Of a stretch of DNA of 64,000 bases, positions 1 to 9,103 are shown in pieces; position 1 is the first letter of the stretch, and every line of letters starts with the position of its first letter. The notes under the pieces are model-generated. The model did no database searches. It saw nothing but the letters and a program-made list of their open reading frames with translations, and was not told where the DNA came from. Made by a program: the position numbers and the translations under genes. Origin of the DNA: Abditibacterium sp. (GTDB lineage: Bacteria; Armatimonadota; Abditibacteriia; Abditibacteriales; Abditibacteriaceae); assembly GCA_965199495.1 (NCBI GenBank), contig CBDASK010000003.1:1632001-1696000 (forward strand), read 5' to 3'.

Positions 1-103
1 AAAACGACATTCGTTGAAGGTTTATGGAAAGAATTTGGCCTTTTGCCAAAACCTTTTGATTCAAGCAGTTTTACAGAATCGCACGATTCTATAAACTTAA
101 TCC

Positions 104-1105
104 ATGACGCAACTTCGCTTGTTCATCGTCGGCCTTTCGGTCTGTGGCGCCGCATTTCTGGCGCGCCATTCCACATCCGCCGCCCCGACAATTTTGCCGC
201 CCGGTGCATCCAGCGCGCCGATTCGGCTGGCGCAGGCTCCAAGGACAATATTTCCTAAAATTACGGTGCCGCCGCAAGCCACTAACACATCCGTCTCTTA
301 CGCGACGCCGTTTCAACTCGACCTTCACGGCGATAACTACCGATTCGACCATCGTGATTTCAACAGGAGGCCAAACGGGGAATTGCCGTTGACGATACGT
401 TCCGCGCAAGCTCGCTTCATCGAACTTTATGTGAACGTGACGCAGGGAGCGGGCAAAACGCCCGTGCGAGATGTGCCGTTGCGGTGGCGTGCGAGCGGCG
501 GAAAATTTCAAGAAGCGGTTTTTAATTCTTCAAGCGGCAAAAACGCGACGATTAGCGAGGTCAAAAGCAACGCCTACGGATATACGCCCGCGCAGTGGGT
601 GCCAGACAAACAGGGACGTTTTTTGGTTTGGATCGAGGTTTTGCGACCCGATGGCAGCGTTTTTCAAAGCTCGAAGAAAATCGCGGTTGTGGTGCGCGCC
701 GCGCAGTGGAAAACCAAAGTTATGACGGGACAATGGAGCGAAACGCGCGGGCAAACCAACGTTTACCAGCGACCGGTTTATCTGTTCTGGGAACTCGACG
801 ACCCCGGCCAACTCAAGCGCATCGAAGCGGTGCCGGTGGCTGCTTCGGTCGCCTTGCCCGATGGCACGCCCGTCGCCGCCAACGTTTCGTGGTTCGACAA
901 ACAAACGGCGTCATCGTTGGGTTTGCCCAGAGAAGGTCAAAACAATACGTCGTTGCAATCGAACTTGACGCAGTTTGTGCGTTACGAGCCGACGAATGCG
1001 CCCGTCGAAGACCTGAACGCCTTTACCGTGCAGGGCAAGCTGGCTGCGCCGCTCTCGGCTCAGTTGCAGCAGACCATGAACGCCGAAGAAGCCAGTGGAT
1101 TATAA
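104..1105 (+). CDS. Secreted hypothetical protein
   Basis: 333-aa ORF with an N-terminal hydrophobic signal-like segment and host-like codon usage; no recognised domain. Confidence 0.7.
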   Translation: MTQLRLFIVGLSVCGAAFLARHSTSAAPTILPPGASSAPIRLAQAPRTIFPKITVPPQATNTSVSYATPFQLDLHGDNYRFDHRDFNRRPNGELPLTIRSAQARFIELYVNVTQGAGKTPVRDVPLRWRASGGKFQEAVFNSSSGKNATISEVKSNAYGYTPAQWVPDKQGRFLVWIEVLRPDGSVFQSSKKIAVVVRAAQWKTKVMTGQWSETRGQTNVYQRPVYLFWELDDPGQLKRIEAVPVAASVALPDGTPVAANVSWFDKQTASSLGLPREGQNNTSLQSNLTQFVRYEPTNAPVEDLNAFTVQGKLAAPLSAQLQQTMNAEEASGL

Positions 1106-1107
1106 CC

Positions 1108-2232
1108 ATGAAACACGTTTCGAGGCGAATTTTAGGTCGCGAACTTCTGCTGCTGATGTCACCGTTGTTGGCGGTGGGCGCGGTCGCATTTTTCTTCTGG
1201 TGGCGCGCACAAAGCGGCCCGCGCTTGCTGGAAACGCCGACGCCGGTTTCCAAAGTCTGGTTTCTGCCCGACAATCGCATCTTCGCCATCGGCTCGTCTG
1301 CGGTGAAAGGCAACACCAACGTGCCCACGCAACTTTATGTGTGGGACGCGCGTTCGGGCCAACTTTTAATCAGTCGAATGCACGATGTTCAAACCAGAGA
1401 TTCGTCGCTTTCGCCCGACGAAAAATTGTGGGTCTACAGCGTGGCTGCTCCCGCGACGGGCGCCGTCGTCGGCATGGAAGTGCGCAACGTGCGCGATTTT
1501 TCTCTGGTGCTGAAATCTCCCCTCACGCTTTCGTTAATCAACTGGAACGACGAGCGCGAATTGGAAGGTTATAATTCCAAAACCCGAAAATTCGAGCGCT
1601 ACTTCATAGACGAGAAAAATCATCGTTTTAATTACGTGGGATCGAATATGAAAAGCAAAGAGTGGCCGAAATCTTCGCCCGATGGGAAATGGAAAGTCGA
1701 ACGCGAATTTGGCCAAGAACACCGGTTCGATTATGACGATATTCGCTATTCCAACACACAGAATGTCTACTTTTATAAAAGGGAAATGATTTTTCGTCCG
1801 AGCAATCCTCAACTTAAAATTCGCCGAACATCGGGCAATTGGAACGCGACGCGTTGCACGCGCGATAGCCAAACGTTTCTGGGTATTGTCAATCTGCGGC
1901 CCTCCGAAATTAAGCGCGACGACATCGTGCGGTTCGATGCAGCCACCGGCACTTTTTCCAGCGTTCGATTGCAAAGCACCGATTACAACGATTGGTTCGA
2001 TGCGGAGTTTTCATCAGACGGGCGTTTTTTGGTGAGTTCGCGCGAACGGGGCCAAATCTGGGAAGTCTGGGACGCGCGTTCGGGCCAGCTTTTGCGCAGC
2101 GTGGGCAAAGCCGTAGATAAACCCGATTGGCTCGCCGACTATACGCCGCGCCTGTCGCCCGACGGCAAATTTTGGGTTCGCCCCACGCAACGCGGCGTCG
2201 AACTGTGGGACTTGGCGAAATTGGCGAATTGA
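1108..2232 (+). CDS. Membrane-anchored WD40/beta-propeller protein
   Basis: ATG at 1108, just after the upstream stop; one TM segment, then repeated VWDARSGQLL and (F/L)SPDG motifs. Confidence 0.75.
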   Translation: MKHVSRRILGRELLLLMSPLLAVGAVAFFFWWRAQSGPRLLETPTPVSKVWFLPDNRIFAIGSSAVKGNTNVPTQLYVWDARSGQLLISRMHDVQTRDSSLSPDEKLWVYSVAAPATGAVVGMEVRNVRDFSLVLKSPLTLSLINWNDERELEGYNSKTRKFERYFIDEKNHRFNYVGSNMKSKEWPKSSPDGKWKVEREFGQEHRFDYDDIRYSNTQNVYFYKREMIFRPSNPQLKIRRTSGNWNATRCTRDSQTFLGIVNLRPSEIKRDDIVRFDAATGTFSSVRLQSTDYNDWFDAEFSSDGRFLVSSRERGQIWEVWDARSGQLLRSVGKAVDKPDWLADYTPRLSPDGKFWVRPTQRGVELWDLAKLAN

Positions 2233-2240
2233 AACCAAAT

Positions 2241-3737
2241 TTAATTCGCGCGCCGCAGCACACCGAGCGCGAAAATCATCGCGCCGCCGCACAGCGCCAT
2301 CAATAATAGACAAAGTGCCGCTACGTCTGAAGCGATGCCCGCGTGCAAAAAGTTAAAAATCGGAATCGGTAAGGTATCGCCGCCCGGCCCGTGAACCAAA
2401 ACCGTGACCGTGAGTTCGCCCGCGCTCCACGCCCAAACCAAACCCCACGCTCCGGCGATGGCGCCGCGAAGTAGCGGCAACGCGATATGAGCAGCCACGC
2501 GCAACGGCGAGGCGCCCAGATTGGCGGCGGCCCATAACGATTCGGCGGGCAAGCGCGCCGTTGCGCCCCACAGAATTGCGATGGCGAGCGGCAAAAAACG
2601 CGCGCAATCGCCCCAAATTGTCATGCCGTAGGCGCTGTCATAAAGCGCGCCGGTCAATGGGCGATTGAACGCCTCGATTAAAGCCACGCCGATGACGACC
2701 GACGCCCACAAGCCCGGCGCGAGCGTCAAAGCCAAGGCGACATTGCGCACGCGCGAGGGCCAACTGCGCCACGACAGACAGAGCGCCAATGCCAGCGCCG
2801 CGCAAATCGTCGCGGACAATGTAGCGACGATGAGCGTGTTCCACAGCGCGTCGGTATTGGCGCCGAGGGTATCGGCAATGGAGCGCGCGTCTTCTAATTC
2901 GCTCGCGAATCGCCACCCCAAAAAGCCGGGCGAAATCAGAAATAACGGCGCCCAAACGATCAAACTTCGCGAACGCGCCGCGTTGGGTTCGCTGGCGGGC
3001 GCGCTCCACTGTGTGGCGATGCGCAGCGCGGGCCACAAAAAAAAGAGCGCCATCAACGGCACCGGCCACGCCGTCAAAGCCGCGCGCAAATTCGGGTCGC
3101 CCAAAGCGGTTGGGCTGTTGAGTTGGCGATAAATCTCGCTCGAAATCGTCGGATACGACAACAAATCGGGCGCGCCCATTTCCCACAAACAAAGCGCGCC
3201 TACCACGCCTGCGCTCGCCACAATCGCGGGCCAAATGCGACGGCCCAGCACGCCGCTCCACGCTTGAATTGAATTGCATAACGCGCGCGCGGCCTCTTCT
3301 TCTTCGCGCGGCAAAGCGGCCAACGCCGCCGCCGTCGCGAAAGCCACGACCGGGAAATAAACCAACGAAAGCGCGAGCGCGCACGCCCACAACGGGAAGC
3401 GATCCGGCCCGCCGAGGGAGAAAAACGGAGCCGCCGCCAACACCGCCGGAATGCCAAGCGGCAGCGCCGTCAGGGCCGCGAACAAAGCGCGAGGACGGCG
3501 CGGCCCGCGCGCGATGAGAAAACCCAACGGCACGCCGAGCAACGTCGCGGCGCACGCGGTCAAAACGCTTAAAACGAACGACGATGCGGCCAACCGAAAG
3601 ACCAGCGCGTTGAAAACCAGCGCGCGCGCATCGGGCACCCACAGGGCGTGCGCGTAGAGCAAGAGTAGCGGCGCCCACAGAGCGACAATAGCAGCGCCGC
3701 ACAGCGTAAGCGCGAGGCGCGAAGGGCGTCGAATCAC
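2241..3737 (-). CDS. Fe3+/thiamine-type ABC transporter permease (FbpB-like, duplicated TM domain)
   Basis: Highly hydrophobic with two EAA-like loops (EEEAARAL, LWAAANLGAS); start placed at GTG 3737, 7 nt after CATACT. Confidence 0.8.
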   Translation of the reverse strand: MIRRPSRLALTLCGAAIVALWAPLLLLYAHALWVPDARALVFNALVFRLAASSFVLSVLTACAATLLGVPLGFLIARGPRRPRALFAALTALPLGIPAVLAAAPFFSLGGPDRFPLWACALALSLVYFPVVAFATAAALAALPREEEEAARALCNSIQAWSGVLGRRIWPAIVASAGVVGALCLWEMGAPDLLSYPTISSEIYRQLNSPTALGDPNLRAALTAWPVPLMALFFLWPALRIATQWSAPASEPNAARSRSLIVWAPLFLISPGFLGWRFASELEDARSIADTLGANTDALWNTLIVATLSATICAALALALCLSWRSWPSRVRNVALALTLAPGLWASVVIGVALIEAFNRPLTGALYDSAYGMTIWGDCARFLPLAIAILWGATARLPAESLWAAANLGASPLRVAAHIALPLLRGAIAGAWGLVWAWSAGELTVTVLVHGPGGDTLPIPIFNFLHAGIASDVAALCLLLMALCGGAMIFALGVLRRAN

Positions 3738-3787
3738 GCGTTTTAGTATGGCGATTTCGCGCGTGGGTGAAACTCGATTCTGTTTCT

Positions 3788-3972
3788 CAGAAGTTGCGCC
3801 GTTGGCCATTGTTTGTCATTTCGAGCGAAGCCGAGAAATCTTGCGGCCCCGCGCCAGAGGAAGTGATGCATGGGTCTAAATGTGAAAACCGCTCGAATTG
3901 CGCTGCCGCGCGGTCGCAAGATTTCTCGGCTTCGCTCGAAATGACAAACAATGGCCAACGGCGCAACTTCTG
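3788..3972. repeat. Long palindromic element, family B (GTCATT...AATGAC type)
   Basis: About 58-bp perfect arms CAGAAGTTGCGCC...GTCATTTCGAGCGAAGCCGAGAAATCTTGCG and their reverse complement, between divergent genes. Confidence 0.9.
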
Positions 3973-4023
3973 TATTATTTCCCGTCTTCCGTCTCCCAAC
4001 TTCTGTATTCTTATAATCCCAAT

Positions 4024-4824
4024 ATGTCCCGCGAAAACCAACATCAACCGCAAGCTCTGCCCAACTCCGACATCGAGGCGCCCAAATCGCAGGTCAAAGC
4101 CGCCGCGCGCAAAACAGAAGATTTCGGGTTGCTCAACCCCGCTCGCCCGACGGCGTTGCAGCAGGATTTCACCGAATCCGACACCTGGCGCGTGATGCGC
4201 ATTCAGGCCGAGTTCGTCCATTCGTTCGAGACGATGAGCCGCATCGGCCCGGCTATCGCGCTTTTTGGTTCGGCGCGTTTACAGGAAAACACGCCCTACA
4301 ACGACGCCGCCCGCGACGTGGCTGCTCGTTTGGTGCGCAACGGCTGGGCCGTGATGACCGGCGGCGGGCCGGGCATTATGCAGGCGGGCAATCGCGGCGC
4401 GCGCGAGGCCGAACAGCCGGGCGAAAAGATGTCCATCGGATTGAACATCGAACTGCCGTTTGAACAGCATCTCAACCCGTATATTGACGTTGGAATCAAT
4501 TTTCGCTACTTTTTCACGCGCAAAGTCAACTTCGTCAAATACGCGTCGGGCTTCGTCATTTTCCCCGGCGGCTTCGGCACCTTGGACGAGTTTTTCGAGT
4601 CGCTGACTTTGGTGCAAACCCACAAAATTCAAAACTTCCCGATTGTTTTGTTCGGCACCAGTTATTGGGGCGGCTTGCTCGATTGGATTCGCGAAACCTT
4701 GGTTTCGCACGGCACCATCTTGGAATCGGATTTAGATTTGATTCACCTGACTGACGACCCGGCAGAAGTCATCAGCTACATTTTCGAGAATACCCGCAAT
4801 GTGCGCAACCCATCAAGCGAATAA
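4024..4824 (+). CDS. LOG family (TIGR00730-type) nucleotide phosphoribohydrolase
   Basis: FGSAR, TGGGPGIM and PGGFGTLDE motifs; ATG 4024 lies 6 nt after TATAAT. Confidence 0.92.
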   Translation: MSRENQHQPQALPNSDIEAPKSQVKAAARKTEDFGLLNPARPTALQQDFTESDTWRVMRIQAEFVHSFETMSRIGPAIALFGSARLQENTPYNDAARDVAARLVRNGWAVMTGGGPGIMQAGNRGAREAEQPGEKMSIGLNIELPFEQHLNPYIDVGINFRYFFTRKVNFVKYASGFVIFPGGFGTLDEFFESLTLVQTHKIQNFPIVLFGTSYWGGLLDWIRETLVSHGTILESDLDLIHLTDDPAEVISYIFENTRNVRNPSSE

Positions 4825-4861
4825 AGCGAATTTATGCGATGGACTAAGTGTTGTTTCCTAT

Positions 4862-4900
4862 AATCCGTTTAAAGCCACTTCAAGCGGCTTTAAACGGATT
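4862..4900. terminator. Hairpin downstream of the LOG gene (terminator or operator)
   Basis: AATCCGTTTAAAGCC-N9-GGCTTTAAACGGATT. Confidence 0.55.
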
Positions 4901-4936
4901 GAAGCGGGCTGGCGATTGAAGTAAAATCTAATCGCT

Positions 4937-5269
4937 ATGGAAATGCTTTTAACCATTGAACAGGCGGCTTTGCGGTTACAACTACACCGCGACACGGTGA
5001 GAAAACAACTCAAGCGCGGCGAGTTGCGTGGCGTGAAGCGCGGGCGAGTTTGGCGCGTGCCAGAAAGCGCGCTTGGAGAAGCGGCGCCAACGCCAGCCAC
5101 GCCGCCCGTCCCGACGACGCCAGAAGCGAGGGTGGGACAACTGGACGACTTTTTAAAAAGCGTCGAAGTGCTGACGCAACGCATGGAAGCAGCGGGCTTT
5201 AAAGGGGTAAATGGAGCGGAATTAGTGCGCGAAGGACGAGAGGAAAGGGAGCGTCAAATTGGCGAGTAA
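4937..5269 (+). CDS. Excisionase-like HTH protein, putative antitoxin
   Basis: LLTIEQAALRLQLHRDTVRKQLKRGELRGVKRGRVWRV (HTH_17-like); C-terminal ELVREGREER typical of VapB-like antitoxins; overlaps the PIN gene. Confidence 0.8.
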   Translation: MEMLLTIEQAALRLQLHRDTVRKQLKRGELRGVKRGRVWRVPESALGEAAPTPATPPVPTTPEARVGQLDDFLKSVEVLTQRMEAAGFKGVNGAELVREGREERERQIGE

Positions 5270-5783
5270 TCCAAGTTCCGATCAATTAACCGTTGCACTT
5301 GGGAGCGCTACAAGCGTCGTCATGGACGCCAGCTTAGCGATTGACGCCATTGCAGGGGAGACAGCGCGCAGGGCGCGGGCACTCCGTTTTCTCACAATAT
5401 GCAACGCGCACGGCGTGGCTCTGATTGTTCCACCAACTTTTCCCAGCGAAGCCGACACCGCAATTCGCCGGATCATCGCACGCGGACAAATGCCCGCAGC
5501 CGATATGCCGTTAATCTTTGGCATGCTCGATAAGTTGCCGCTCGCTATGGCGCTCGATGCCGCAGAGCTTGAAGCCGTCAGGCAACGCGCGCGGCAAATC
5601 GCGGAAGAGTTGGCACTGACGCCGGTTTACGATTCGACTTACGCCGCCTTGGCCGAGGCTCGCGGATGCGACTTTTGGACGGCGGACGAGAAGTTTGCCA
5701 ATGCCGCAAAACAGTTGCGACGCCAGCCGGATGGAACGATGGCGCCGACACTTTCAAACGTGCGATTTATCGGCGATTTCTAA
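5259..5783 (+). CDS. PIN-domain (VapC-like) toxin
   Basis: VVMDAS ... E ... YDSTYAALAE ... WTADEK acidic PIN motifs. Confidence 0.85.
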   Translation: MASNPSSDQLTVALGSATSVVMDASLAIDAIAGETARRARALRFLTICNAHGVALIVPPTFPSEADTAIRRIIARGQMPAADMPLIFGMLDKLPLAMALDAAELEAVRQRARQIAEELALTPVYDSTYAALAEARGCDFWTADEKFANAAKQLRRQPDGTMAPTLSNVRFIGDF

Positions 5784-5898
5784 ATCCTAATGAGCCGAGA
5801 CATTTATCGCAACAAAACACCACGAGAAAATTGGGCAACACGATACTCGTTCGGCAAACGAAGGGCGATTAAGGTTTGTGTCCCCTGCTCTTGCGTAA

Positions 5899-5987
5899 AT
5901 TTGATTCACCTGACCGACGACTCGGCAGAAGTCATCAGCTACATTTTCGAGAACACCCGCAACGTGCGCAACCCATCGAACGAATGA
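5899..5987 (+). pseudogene. Orphan duplicate of the last ~29 codons of the LOG gene
   Basis: Encodes LIHLTDDSAEVISYIFENTRNVRNPSNE*, versus LIHLTDDPAEVISYIFENTRNVRNPSSE* in the intact gene. Confidence 0.85.
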
Positions 5988-6014
5988 GGTTGCTGAGCGT
6001 GTTGGAAACTTGCG

Positions 6015-6560
6015 ATGAAACCTAATTTTAAAACTTTCGGTTGCTTTTTTCTGCTCGCGATTCTCGCTTTGTCCATCGTGTTATTTTTCACGATGGGCGA
6101 CGAATATCCTAATTACACGCGTCAAAGGCCCGCGTTCAATGACATTGTCGGCACTTGGGTTTTAACGAACGAAACGGTTCAAGAGATGAAGAGGTTGAAC
6201 GTTTATAAGTCAGCCAATACGTCAATAGAAATTAGGAGCGATGGCACATTCAAAGCTACCGATTTGCCCGCTGCCGCTTATTCTCAGAGCGGCTTCGGAT
6301 GGGGTTCTGATGGAGGTGGAGGCAAATTAGCATCTCCATCCGGCAAATGGTCATTGGGCCAAGAGAAATTCCAGCCATTTCATGATGCGGATGAAGAGGA
6401 GATAGAGGTCTGGAACTTATATCTTCCTTTCGATAATTTATCTGGTTACTTGGCACCTCAGGGCTATCCGATTTTGTTAAATCAATCGCCTCCATACATC
6501 ATCCATATTCCCTTTGGAGATGAAGATGCCAGTGAACACATTGACTTTGTAAAGCAGTAA
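6015..6560 (+). CDS. Membrane-anchored hypothetical protein, AT-richer than host
   Basis: 181-aa ORF, N-terminal TM segment, DIVGTW motif of beta-barrel-like extracytoplasmic proteins. Confidence 0.7.
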   Translation: MKPNFKTFGCFFLLAILALSIVLFFTMGDEYPNYTRQRPAFNDIVGTWVLTNETVQEMKRLNVYKSANTSIEIRSDGTFKATDLPAAAYSQSGFGWGSDGGGGKLASPSGKWSLGQEKFQPFHDADEEEIEVWNLYLPFDNLSGYLAPQGYPILLNQSPPYIIHIPFGDEDASEHIDFVKQ

Positions 6561-6564
6561 ATCG

Positions 6565-7575
6565 CTAATTCTCAAACGCCCGCGCCAACGTTTCGACGTT
6601 GCGCGTTACGTCGAATTCGCGTTCGACAACTTGCCGCGCGTTGCAGCCACGGCGCCGCGTTTCGTCAGCATTTTCCCAAACGCGCGTGATGGTTTGCGCC
6701 AATTCGTTCGCGTTATTGGGCGCGCACAGCCAGCCGGTTTGGTCGTTGATCAAATCACTCGCGCTGCCCGCCGTTGTGGTGACGACTGGCAAACCTAACG
6801 CGGCACCTTCGAGTAAAACGTTGGCCAAACCGTCGCGGTCGCCATTCGCGTCAATGCGCGAGGGCAAAACCAGACAATTGGCCCAATCGCGCATCGTTGC
6901 GATGACTTGCGCGTGCGGCAAAGCGCCGCGCGCGATGGACGCGTCGAATTGCGCGCGCATCGGGCCGTCGCCGATGATTTGAACTTGGGCATCTAAAATT
7001 TTGGCGGCTTCGATTAAATCGGGCCAGCCTTTTTTCTGGATCAATCGTCCGACGCCCAACAAACGCATCGGGCCAACTTTCCATTCGCGAAACGGATAAT
7101 TTTCCAGAGGGATTCCGTGCGGCGCGTAAATCACGTTAGCGCCGTATTTTTTCAATTCGGTTTCGCCTGAGCGCGTGCAAACCGTCGCCCATTTGGCCGC
7201 ATTTAGCTTCGAGCCTAAATCGCCGCCGCTTACCCATAAATCGTGGGCGTGCGCGGCGAAACTCCACGGCAAACCGGCTTGATTCGCCACTGCGCGCGCG
7301 ATGTCGGCGACGTGATTGGCCCACGCGGCGTGGACGTGGCTGATGCTGGCGCGCGCGAGTTGCGGCGCCAACTTTTCGCCGGTTGCGCGCCAGAAATAAT
7401 CGGCGCCGCGCAACTTCAAGGCGCGCGGCAAAAGCGGAATGGGTTGCGCGCCTTCGCCCGCGTTGAGCGCCCAGATTTCGATGATTAATCCGCGCGCGCG
7501 CAATGCGTCAATCTCGCGCGCCAGAAAGGTTTCGGTCGTCGAGGGAAAAGTGTCGAACAGATACGCAATTTTCAT
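6565..7575 (-). CDS. Glycosyltransferase family 4 (WcaL-like)
   Basis: FPSTTETF, VGRLIQKKG and DGLANVLLEG motifs. Confidence 0.9.
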   Translation of the reverse strand: MKIAYLFDTFPSTTETFLAREIDALRARGLIIEIWALNAGEGAQPIPLLPRALKLRGADYFWRATGEKLAPQLARASISHVHAAWANHVADIARAVANQAGLPWSFAAHAHDLWVSGGDLGSKLNAAKWATVCTRSGETELKKYGANVIYAPHGIPLENYPFREWKVGPMRLLGVGRLIQKKGWPDLIEAAKILDAQVQIIGDGPMRAQFDASIARGALPHAQVIATMRDWANCLVLPSRIDANGDRDGLANVLLEGAALGLPVVTTTAGSASDLINDQTGWLCAPNNANELAQTITRVWENADETRRRGCNARQVVEREFDVTRNVETLARAFEN

Positions 7576-8708
7576 GCGCTTGGCTCCATTTGGTCGAAGC
7601 GCTCGAAATCAAAGCCGGGATTGTCGAATTCCCAGTAGACATCGAGCGTCGCGCGCGCGGCGCGTTCCCAAGTGAACTCGCGCGCGTATTGGCGGCCCGT
7701 CGCGCCCAGTTTTTGACGCAAATTCTCGTCGCCCAACAAACGCGCGATTGAATCGGCGATGGCGCGCGGGTTGCGCGGCGGCGGACACAACGCGTGCTGC
7801 TCCAAATTTGGCAACGGCACCGCACTCGATGCGACAACAGGCGCGCCGCACGCCAAGGCTTCTAAAACGGGCAAACCGAATCCTTCGCATAATGACGGAA
7901 AACAGAAAACTTCGCACGCGCTTAAAAGCGCGGGCACATCTGCGCGCGGCACGAAACCCAATTGTCGGATGCCGCTTAGCAACGCCTCGGATTGCGGCCA
8001 CGGCGCGATGCCGCCCGCGACGATTAAAGGCAACGCATCGGGCAAAAGTTTTAACGCGCGCAATAAGTTGGGCAAATTTTTCTTCGGCTCGAAGTTGCCC
8101 AGATAAAACAAAAACTGGGGCGGCAAATCGTATTTGGCGCGCACATTCGCGATGGCGTCGGGCGAAACCGGCGCGCTCCATTCGGGCGCGACGCCCAGAG
8201 GAATCACGCGCACATCGGCATGGGGCGCGCGGCGCAAAACGGCCTCGCGCGTGCGCGGCGTGCTGACCAAAACGCGCGCGGCGCGGCGCAAACTCTGCGG
8301 CATAAGGGCGCGATAATGCGCGCGATTGGCGCGGCGGGCGAAGTGCGGCTGATCCAGAGCGATTAAATCTTGAACCGTCAGAATCGTCGGGACGGGGCTG
8401 AGCAACGGCATCACGTAATTCCACGCGTGCAGCAAATCGGCGTTGGTGGCGCGTAATAAGCGCGGCAGTTCGAGCTGTTGCCACGCGATACGCCGCGCCT
8501 TTTGCGCGCTCGTAAACGGCAGACGATGCCACGTCCAACGCGGGCCGTCTTGCCAGTGCGCGGGCGCATCAGCGGGCACGCACACCAAATAATGATTGCG
8601 CCCGTCCAAGGCGCGCAGATGCGCGAAGGTTTCCCACAACGCGGTCTCGATGCCGCCGCGTCTGCCGTCCGGTTGGTGTAACGCCGTCGCGTCGAAAACG
8701 ATTCTCAT
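7572..8708 (-). CDS. Glycosyltransferase family 4
   Basis: GNFEPKKN and EGFGLPVLEALACG motifs; ATGA overlap with the downstream GT. Confidence 0.92.
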   Translation of the reverse strand: MRIVFDATALHQPDGRRGGIETALWETFAHLRALDGRNHYLVCVPADAPAHWQDGPRWTWHRLPFTSAQKARRIAWQQLELPRLLRATNADLLHAWNYVMPLLSPVPTILTVQDLIALDQPHFARRANRAHYRALMPQSLRRAARVLVSTPRTREAVLRRAPHADVRVIPLGVAPEWSAPVSPDAIANVRAKYDLPPQFLFYLGNFEPKKNLPNLLRALKLLPDALPLIVAGGIAPWPQSEALLSGIRQLGFVPRADVPALLSACEVFCFPSLCEGFGLPVLEALACGAPVVASSAVPLPNLEQHALCPPPRNPRAIADSIARLLGDENLRQKLGATGRQYAREFTWERAARATLDVYWEFDNPGFDFERFDQMEPSA

Positions 8709-8722
8709 GGGGAAATGGGCGG

Positions 8723-9030
8723 ATATATTTTAGCCATAAAAACGCAGAATTCACCAAAGGCACAAAAAATCGGGCGAACAGTATTTATTAATGCGGCTTC
8801 ACAGAAGTTTCTGCTCAATTGTAGGGTCACCGGCTTGCCGTGACCGCGAACGTTCCATTGCTTGCAAATCATTGCTTTTGCCAGGAGCATTACGTTTGCG
8901 GTCACGGCAAGCCGGTGACCCTACAATTGAGCAGAAACTTCTGTGAAGCCGCATTAAGGAAAGTTGGACAACCTATTTTTGAATCTTTTGTGCCTTTGGT
9001 GAATTCTGCGTTTTTGTGGCTAAAATATAT
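8723..9030. repeat. Long palindromic element, family A (9-mer unit arms), carrying a nested element
   Basis: ATATATTTTAGCCATAAAAACGCAGAATTCACCAAAGGCACAAAA and its near-perfect reverse complement ending at 9030. Confidence 0.88.
8788..8957. repeat. Nested palindromic element, family C (GTAGGG REP-like core, TTAA ends)
   Basis: 60-bp perfect arms TTAATGCGGC...TGTAGGGTCACCGGCTTGCCGTGACCGC; each arm has an internal small hairpin GGTCAC..GTGACC. Confidence 0.9.
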
Positions 9031-9103
9031 TGAAAAGATGAACAGCTACCTCAAAAAATTTGAGGCGACTTTGGTGCTGAATAGTCTAAGCACTCCCCAA
9101 AGT

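Larger units (their letters stand above)
4736..5987 (+). mobile_element. Integrase-less toxin-antitoxin cassette flanked by an 89-bp direct repeat of the LOG gene 3' end
   Basis: 4736-4824 and 5899-5987 match at 82/89 nt and enclose the HTH and PIN genes. Confidence 0.75.

Noticed and set aside
595..1107. N-terminal extension of the 545-aa ORF
   Set aside because: It overlaps the 104-1105 gene in another frame; ATG 1108 right after that stop is the plausible start.
3743..4221. ORFs on both strands sharing QKLRRWPLFVISSEAEKSC
   Set aside because: These are translations of the family B palindrome arms, not genes. The same applies to ORFs at 8705-8905, 29958-30434 and 41281-41502.
5790..5987. 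65-aa ORF as a real gene
   Set aside because: It appears to be a chance fusion of cassette-end sequence to the duplicated LOG 3' fragment.
4825..6560. Integron cassette array
   Set aside because: No attC-like sites with RYYYAAC/GTTRRRY ends and no intI were recognised; the direct repeat explains the boundaries better.
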